Assembly (NCBI GenBank): GCA_051892935.1
Contig: JBJFGS010000012.1
Coordinates: forward strand, 1 to 23,989
Origin: Candidatus Coprovivens sp.
GTDB taxonomy: Bacteria; Bacillota_I; Bacilli_A; RF39; UBA660
Direction of reading: 5' to 3'
Length of the DNA: 23,989 bases
The notes below the pieces were generated by a model that was not told the DNA's origin, did no database searches, and saw nothing but the letters and a program-made list of their open reading frames with translations. Below, piece after piece: positions 17,941 to 23,989 of the stretch. Position 1 is the first letter of the stretch, and every line of letters starts with the position of its first letter. The position numbers and the translations under genes are program-made.

Positions 17941-19863
17941 ATGAATAAAAAATATGGTTATATTAGAGTAGCTGCTTCTGTACCAGAGTTAAAAGTTGCA
18001 AATGTTACCTTTAATGTTGAAGAAATTATAAAAGAAATGAAAAATCTTGATAAAGAAGGAGTTCAGATTGTTACGTTTCCTGAACTATGTTTAACTGGAT
18101 ATACTTGTGCAGATTTATTTAGTCAAGATATTCTAATTGAACAATCTTTAATTGGATTAGATAAAATATTAAATGAGACATCTGAATTAGGTATTATATC
18201 AATTATTGGAATTCCTATTGTTTGTGATAATCAATTATTTAATTGTGCTATAGTTGTTAATAGAGGTGAAGTATTAGGTATTGTTCCTAAAACATATATT
18301 CCAAATTATGGGGAGTTTTATGAAAAAAGATGGTTTAGTACAAGCAATACTTTAAGGAGTAGAACAATTAAAATACTTGGTAAAGAAGTACCTATAGGTA
18401 TTGATTTAATATTTAGAGATATTAGTGATAAAAAGTTTACATTTGGGATTGAAATCTGTGAAGATTTATGGAGTCCGAAAGCACCTTCTGTTGAAGCTTC
18501 TTTAAATGGGGCAACAATGATATTTAATTTATCTGCAAGTAATGAAGTTATTGGCAAATATGGGTATCGTAAGAATTTAATAAATATGCAGTCAGCTAAG
18601 ACAGTATCGGCGTATATTTATGCTTCATCTGGAGTTAATGAGTCAACAACTGATTTGGTATTTTCAGGATATGCAGGTATTTCTGAAAATGGTACTATGT
18701 TAATTGAAAATCAAAGGTTTGATTTTAAGACTAATCATATTATACAAGATGTTGATATCCAAAGACTTATGAACAATAGAATAAAAGATATAAGTTTTAT
18801 GGGAATAGCTGCTAATTGTGAATATAGTGTAGTTGATATTAATATTAAAGATAAAAATAGTAATTTACTTAGAAAATATGATATTTATCCTTTTGTTCCT
18901 AATGATGAGTCTAAAAGGGATGAAAGATGTTTTGAAATTGTGAATATTTTAGCTTGTGGGTTGGCTAAAAGATTAAAACATACTGGAATGAAAAAATGTG
19001 TGATGGGGATTAGTGGTGGTTTAGATAGTACTTTAGCTTTTTTAGTAGTTATTGAGGCTTATAAAAAACTAGGTATAAGTAATGATAATTTTATTGGTAT
19101 TACAATGCCTGGTTTTGGTACTAGTGGAAGAACTTATAATAATGCTATTAATTTAATGAAGAATTATGGTGTTACGATTAAGGAAATTAGTATTAAGGAT
19201 GCATCATTACAACATTTTAAAGATATAGGTTTAAGCCCTGATGATAGAAGTGTTACTTATGAAAATACTCAAGCTAGAGAAAGAACTCAAATATTAATGG
19301 ATATTGCTAATAAAGAGGGAGGATTAGTGATAGGAACTGGAGATTTATCTGAATTAGCATTAGGATGGTGTACATATAATGGTGATCATATGAGTATGTA
19401 TGCCGTTAATTGTTCTATACCTAAAACGTTAGTTAGATATTTGGTAAAATATTTTGCTATAAAGGAAGAGAATGAAGATTGTAAAAATACTATTTTAGAT
19501 ATACTTGATACTCCAATTAGTCCTGAATTATTACCTCCTGATAAAAATGGAAATATTAAACAGCAAACTGAAAGTGTTGTTGGACCTTATGTGTTACATG
19601 ACTTTTTCTTATATCATTATATGAGATATGGTGCTACTCCTGAAAAGATTAGATATATTGCTACACAAACATTTTTAGGTATGTATGATGAAGAAACTAT
19701 TACTAAATGGTTAAAATTCTTTATTAAAAGATTTTTTGGTCAACAATTTAAAAGAAGTTGTTTACCTGATGGACCTAAGGTTGGAACTATTTCTTTATCT
19801 CCTAGAGGAGATTTGAGAATGCCAAGTGATGCTGATAATAGTATTTGGTTAGATAATATATAA
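17941..19863 (+). CDS. nadE: glutamine-dependent NAD+ synthetase
   Basis: Nitrilase domain (FPEL, EFYEKRWF, EICEDLW) plus synthetase domain SGGLDST, ENTQARERT, QQFKRSCLPDGP. Confidence 0.97.
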   Translation: MNKKYGYIRVAASVPELKVANVTFNVEEIIKEMKNLDKEGVQIVTFPELCLTGYTCADLFSQDILIEQSLIGLDKILNETSELGIISIIGIPIVCDNQLFNCAIVVNRGEVLGIVPKTYIPNYGEFYEKRWFSTSNTLRSRTIKILGKEVPIGIDLIFRDISDKKFTFGIEICEDLWSPKAPSVEASLNGATMIFNLSASNEVIGKYGYRKNLINMQSAKTVSAYIYASSGVNESTTDLVFSGYAGISENGTMLIENQRFDFKTNHIIQDVDIQRLMNNRIKDISFMGIAANCEYSVVDINIKDKNSNLLRKYDIYPFVPNDESKRDERCFEIVNILACGLAKRLKHTGMKKCVMGISGGLDSTLAFLVVIEAYKKLGISNDNFIGITMPGFGTSGRTYNNAINLMKNYGVTIKEISIKDASLQHFKDIGLSPDDRSVTYENTQARERTQILMDIANKEGGLVIGTGDLSELALGWCTYNGDHMSMYAVNCSIPKTLVRYLVKYFAIKEENEDCKNTILDILDTPISPELLPPDKNGNIKQQTESVVGPYVLHDFFLYHYMRYGATPEKIRYIATQTFLGMYDEETITKWLKFFIKRFFGQQFKRSCLPDGPKVGTISLSPRGDLRMPSDADNSIWLDNI

Positions 19864-19890
19864 GACTTAAAGATATTTTCTTTAAGTCTT
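19862..19890 (+). terminator. nadE operon terminator stem (3' T/A tail displaced by IS)
   Basis: AAGACTTAAAGA-TATTT-TCTTTAAGTCTT perfect 12-bp stem. Confidence 0.75.
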
Positions 19891-21500
19891 GTTAGTGTAA
19901 AGAAATTTGTGGTAATATATTGAAGAAAAGTTGAATTTATAATTAATTCGACTTTTTAAATTGCTTTTATTGTTTTTAAACGACTATATTGTGGAGGAAG
20001 TTTAGTCTCGCATTCAAAATCATATTTATTATTTTTTGGAACATAGTTTAATCTATGTTTCTTTTTATTATTAATTACTTTTTCTTGGTTAATGATTGTT
20101 TTGTTGAAGTTATTTAAATAGTATTTTCTTATGTCGATTCCATTGCATTTTAGTAATCTTATTTTTAGTAATTGTTTTAATCCTTTTTTCGAATAAGCTT
20201 TAGGCCTTGAAGAAAACAAGTCAGCAAAAATATGAGAGATATGAGATTCCATAGAACACTTTAATTGGTTATTGTTAATATATAATTGAATTGCTTCCCA
20301 ATTATTTATGATGTATTCCATTTTTGCAATAATTATTGTTGTTCTTTCTTTGTGATTATCCATGAATTTTAAACATTCTTCTTGAAATAACTCTTTATCA
20401 TTATTCATAATTAAATCTAATAAAGCATCTCTAAAATCATAGTGTTCTTTAGTTGTTAATTGATTAATTGCTTGAACAGGGTGAAAACCATCAGTAGTAG
20501 AATAGATTTGAATATTTGGGTTGAATTTAAACCATTGTGATTTAGGAAATGACTTAATCCATTTAGCGCAGTCTCCCATAAAATATATTTCATTTAAATA
20601 ATCAGTATCGTACGTGTTGTATATGTATTCCATTGTGTCAGTAATTAAGTCGTTTTCAACGGAAGCACAAGTGTGAGGAGAAACTAACCTATATCTATCT
20701 TTAGAACAGTCTTTTTTCTTTGCTTTATATTCTTTTTCAGTCCCTTCAAAAACAACAGCAGCCTTAATCATATGATTTTTTCCTTTATTGAATTGAGAAC
20801 CAACATATTTTTCATCTAACATTACAAACAGTCTTTCAACTCGTTTTTCTTGTTGTTCAATAGTTTCTTCAAAATTAAAACTCATTACAATATTTCTAGC
20901 AGTTGCTCTAGAAATAGAAATATCATTCTTAAATCTTTTATCTATTTTATTAGCTACAATATTTCCTGCTTTTGAGTAACTATTTTCAGCAGAAGAACTA
21001 ATAAGTTCAGCACAAACAAAAGGATCAAAGTGTTTCTTTTTAGGAAGATTAAAAAATAAATCTGTAAAAAAGAACCATTCTTTAGTTACTTTATCAAAAT
21101 AGTAGCGTCGTTTGAAATTTATATCACCAAACATTGTAACAAAGTTTTTTCTTTCATAAAAACCATTTGAAATACAAAATTGTTTTCTATAAGAAGAATT
21201 AAAGAAAACTTCATCAATGTATTCAAAGTATGATTTTATAACATCTTTTATAAAAGAATTAGAAAAAGAATCTAAGTCATTCATAAATGAATAATAGTTG
21301 TTAAAATCACTAGATTTATACCAGTAATTTGAATTATTAAAGTATTTACTTAAATAATCATTAAAACTTTTTTCCATATATTTGTTAAATTGTGATATTA
21401 TATTCATGAAGATCATCCTTACGTTATTGAGTTTGCAAATTAATTATAACATTAGATGTTCTTCTTTTTTTATGCCTCCCACAAATTATTTTACACCATC
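19891..21500 (-). mobile_element. ISLre2-family insertion sequence, 1610 bp
   Basis: Terminal IRs GTTAGTGTAAAGAAATTTGTGG / revcomp GATGGTGTAAAATAATTTGTGG (18/22). 8-bp target duplication TAAGTCTT at 19883-90 and 21501-08. Confidence 0.9.
19956..21407 (-). CDS. ISLre2/UPF0236-family DDE transposase
   Basis: TMFGDINFKRRYY, LDEKYV, MGDCAKWI, DGFH, SMESHISH motifs. AAGGA RBS favours start 21407. Confidence 0.9.
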   Translation of the reverse strand: MNIISQFNKYMEKSFNDYLSKYFNNSNYWYKSSDFNNYYSFMNDLDSFSNSFIKDVIKSYFEYIDEVFFNSSYRKQFCISNGFYERKNFVTMFGDINFKRRYYFDKVTKEWFFFTDLFFNLPKKKHFDPFVCAELISSSAENSYSKAGNIVANKIDKRFKNDISISRATARNIVMSFNFEETIEQQEKRVERLFVMLDEKYVGSQFNKGKNHMIKAAVVFEGTEKEYKAKKKDCSKDRYRLVSPHTCASVENDLITDTMEYIYNTYDTDYLNEIYFMGDCAKWIKSFPKSQWFKFNPNIQIYSTTDGFHPVQAINQLTTKEHYDFRDALLDLIMNNDKELFQEECLKFMDNHKERTTIIIAKMEYIINNWEAIQLYINNNQLKCSMESHISHIFADLFSSRPKAYSKKGLKQLLKIRLLKCNGIDIRKYYLNNFNKTIINQEKVINNKKKHRLNYVPKNNKYDFECETKLPPQYSRLKTIKAI

Positions 21501-21515
21501 TAAGTCTTTTAAAAT

Positions 21516-21544
21516 TTTACAAATTCATTTATATATGTTAATAT
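21516..21544 (+). promoter_or_regulatory. putative sigmaA promoter of J-domain gene
   Basis: TTTACA (21516-21), 17 bp, TAATAT (21539-44) with extended TG. Confidence 0.55.
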
Positions 21545-21571
21545 ATTATTTCCAAAAGAGGGGTTGGTAGT

Positions 21572-23203
21572 ATGTTTAAAATGACTTTTGAACGTGCTCT
21601 TGGTATTTTAGGTTTAAATAGAGATTATAATTCTGATGAACTTAAAAAAGCATATAGAAAATTAGCTATGGAGTGGCATCCTGATCATCATAAAGATCCA
21701 AGTGGGGAAAAGTTTAAAGAAATTAACGAAGCTCATCAACTTTTATCTATATATAAGGATAATGTTGAATCAAGACCTTATGTTAATTATGTAAATTATT
21801 TAGCTTTATATAAGAAACAAGCGATAAATCTTATAAGAAGTTATGTTGAAGATATGAGCAGATTTAAGAATCATGAGTTATATAATGATATTTTTAAGTG
21901 TAATTCGATGATGAGAACACTTGTAGATAAATATATACCAATGATTAATTCAGCTAATACTGAATTTGAATTAGAAGTAGTAATTCAAGGATTAGATAAG
22001 GAATATGAGGATGTTTTAAAACAATTATATAATTCTTTTATAGATAGATATCCTTATATTAAGTCTTTGGATTATAAAATTGATTTTGACTTAAAAATAT
22101 CTGTTTTTGTAAATAGATTATATGATATAAAAAAAGATGCAATAAATAAACTTAGTAAAAAAATAAAAGATTCTACTATAAGTAAATATGAACTATATAG
22201 TGGTTATAATCTTTTAGAAAATGATATTTTAAAAATAGTTGATGATACGGTTAATAAAATATTTATATCTGACTCTTCAAAAGAAGATTCTATAGTAGAA
22301 AATATGCATAAAGATATAGAATTGTTATTTAAAAACTCATTTGATTTTCAAATAAAGAGTGGACGTATAGATTCATTATATAGAGATGCTAGAGGAATAG
22401 ATTCTTTTATTTTAAGAATGAAAATTGATGAGTTAAGTAGTGATTTTACTAATGAATATTTTCATGCACAAGCAGATTTAATAGCAAAAAATATTAAAAG
22501 TATATCTAGTGGAACTTATATAAAAGATATTTATTCTCATTTGGTTTTTTATTATAATGAATGTTTAAAATATATAAATCCTATAGAAGATGAGAATCAT
22601 ATAAAAAAAGCATCATCTATTTTTAATAGGGCTATAGGTATTTTATGCTCTTATAAAGAAGGTATTTTAAATTATGATATCTTATCTTATTTATTTGGTG
22701 TTAAATTTGAAGATTTAGAACAAGATGAAAAAGTATTAGATTTTGTTTCTAATAGATCGGATATATTTAATCCTGGATATGTTTATGTTTCTAAGAGTTC
22801 AATATCTCCTTTTGCTAGTGTGTATATGTTGGATAGTGGATACCAATATAGGGTTAAAGATGTTAATAATGTTAAAACTAAGAATATTAGAACGTCTGCT
22901 GATATATCAAAGAATTATGTTTCTTTATCATTAGCTTTGGCAAATGCTGAATTTATAGGTAAAAAAGCTCGTTCTATATCAGGAAACTATATAAGTATTC
23001 TGTATAGATATTTAGATAGATATTTTGCCTTGGATACAAATAATGATATAACAATGTATTCTGTTGAAGGTATTAGGATTATTGATAAGGAAGCTCCTGA
23101 GTTAGAGTGCTATAAAGATAAAAGACTTGTATTATCAAAAATATCTGAAAGAGTTAAAAGTGAATTACCTTATAAAACATTAAATAATAGAAAGTTTTAT
23201 TAG
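21572..23203 (+). CDS. J-domain (DnaJ-domain) containing protein, class C type
   Basis: LGL...LKKAYRKLAMEWHPD...FKEINEAHQLL. No G/F region or CxxCxGxG repeats, long unknown C-terminus. Confidence 0.85.
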   Translation: MFKMTFERALGILGLNRDYNSDELKKAYRKLAMEWHPDHHKDPSGEKFKEINEAHQLLSIYKDNVESRPYVNYVNYLALYKKQAINLIRSYVEDMSRFKNHELYNDIFKCNSMMRTLVDKYIPMINSANTEFELEVVIQGLDKEYEDVLKQLYNSFIDRYPYIKSLDYKIDFDLKISVFVNRLYDIKKDAINKLSKKIKDSTISKYELYSGYNLLENDILKIVDDTVNKIFISDSSKEDSIVENMHKDIELLFKNSFDFQIKSGRIDSLYRDARGIDSFILRMKIDELSSDFTNEYFHAQADLIAKNIKSISSGTYIKDIYSHLVFYYNECLKYINPIEDENHIKKASSIFNRAIGILCSYKEGILNYDILSYLFGVKFEDLEQDEKVLDFVSNRSDIFNPGYVYVSKSSISPFASVYMLDSGYQYRVKDVNNVKTKNIRTSADISKNYVSLSLALANAEFIGKKARSISGNYISILYRYLDRYFALDTNNDITMYSVEGIRIIDKEAPELECYKDKRLVLSKISERVKSELPYKTLNNRKFY

Positions 23204-23205
23204 AG

Positions 23206-23233
23206 AAGACTCCAATTATATTGGAGTTTTTTT
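23206..23233 (+). terminator. rho-independent terminator
   Basis: ACTCCAAT-TAT-ATTGGAGT plus T tract. Confidence 0.7.
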
Positions 23234-23313
23234 GTGATTTTCATATCTCTGTTTCTATTATTATTTTATATGTGGTATAATCTTTTATAGAAGATACTCT
23301 TGGAAGTGATTAT

Positions 23314-23989
23314 ATGAATAATGATTCGATATATGGTATTCCTTTTTCTAGAATGAAAGAAGCTCCTGTTGTAGTTAATGGTGGTACTTATTATAAGTTT
23401 GATACATTTTATTTATATGTACCTGATGAAATTGATTCATCAACATCGGCATTTATTTATTATCCTGGTTCAGGAGGACCAGTTAGTAATGTTGTGAATA
23501 TTCAAGATATAATTAATAATCAAAGTCCTAATCAGATTATTATTCATGCGGCTAATTGTTTTACTGATAAAAATACTGGTGGATCTCAATATTTAGAAAT
23601 TATAGAAAATATTGGTGTTGATGCTGGCTTAAAGATTAATAATATTTCAACGATGGGGTTTAGTGCAGGGGGAACTGCTAATTATGGAACACTAGTAAAT
23701 ATTGTTAAAAATTACTCAGATAGTGGTTCTTATAATGCAATTTTTACTGATGCGGTAGGAGTAAATGTTACAAACGATCAGGTTAAATTATTAGCAGAAA
23801 ATAATGTAACAATATTTTGTATTGAGCCAAGTAATGAACCTATATCAGATTTCGAAAAGAAACTAGCTCAAGGTGGTGTTGAAGTAATTATAGGACGGGT
23901 TAGTGGTTCACACGCTGATCATTCAACTTTAAACAGAGAAGCTTTACAAAATGGTATTATTGATTTTGTGACTGGAGAGTCAGATGAAC
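23314..23989 (+). CDS. alpha/beta-hydrolase-fold protein (partial, runs off window)
   Basis: Open from ATG 23314 to the window end. YYPGSGG and GFSAGG nucleophile elbow. Confidence 0.7.
   Translation, partial: MNNDSIYGIPFSRMKEAPVVVNGGTYYKFDTFYLYVPDEIDSSTSAFIYYPGSGGPVSNVVNIQDIINNQSPNQIIIHAANCFTDKNTGGSQYLEIIENIGVDAGLKINNISTMGFSAGGTANYGTLVNIVKNYSDSGSYNAIFTDAVGVNVTNDQVKLLAENNVTIFCIEPSNEPISDFEKKLAQGGVEVIIGRVSGSHADHSTLNREALQNGIIDFVTGESDE

Noticed and set aside
21572-23203. Canonical dnaJ
   Set aside because: Lacks the G/F region and Zn-finger repeats, and has no dnaK/grpE context.

Overview
Very AT-rich Firmicute-type (probably Bacilli) chromosomal DNA, standard genetic code. Positions ~52-14053 are a ~14.0 kb integrated element sitting inside an N-acetylmuramoyl-L-alanine amidase (Amidase_3) gene with 4 LysM domains. 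The 5' half of that gene ends at ...SNHINAGG (1-54) and the 3' half resumes in frame at GGEGAEIIYALRN... (14050-14994). The two junctions share a GGTG core, and the reconstructed attP has inverted arms centred on its GG, as expected for the intact large serine recombinase in the element (10357-12018). Cargo: a type II R-M pair with an atypical C5 methyltransferase, SSB, ClpP, a divergent RecA paralog with Zn-finger neighbours, three pseudogenes (Zn-ribbon, XRE-like, resolvase), a putative HEPN-like protein and a DUF6414-like protein. No phage structural or conjugation genes were recognised. Downstream host DNA has an NAD salvage operon (pncA-pncB-Nudix-nadE) with 3-4 NrtR-like boxes, a complete ISLre2-family IS (19891-21500, 8-bp target duplication) in the nadE terminator, a J-domain protein and a truncated alpha/beta hydrolase.
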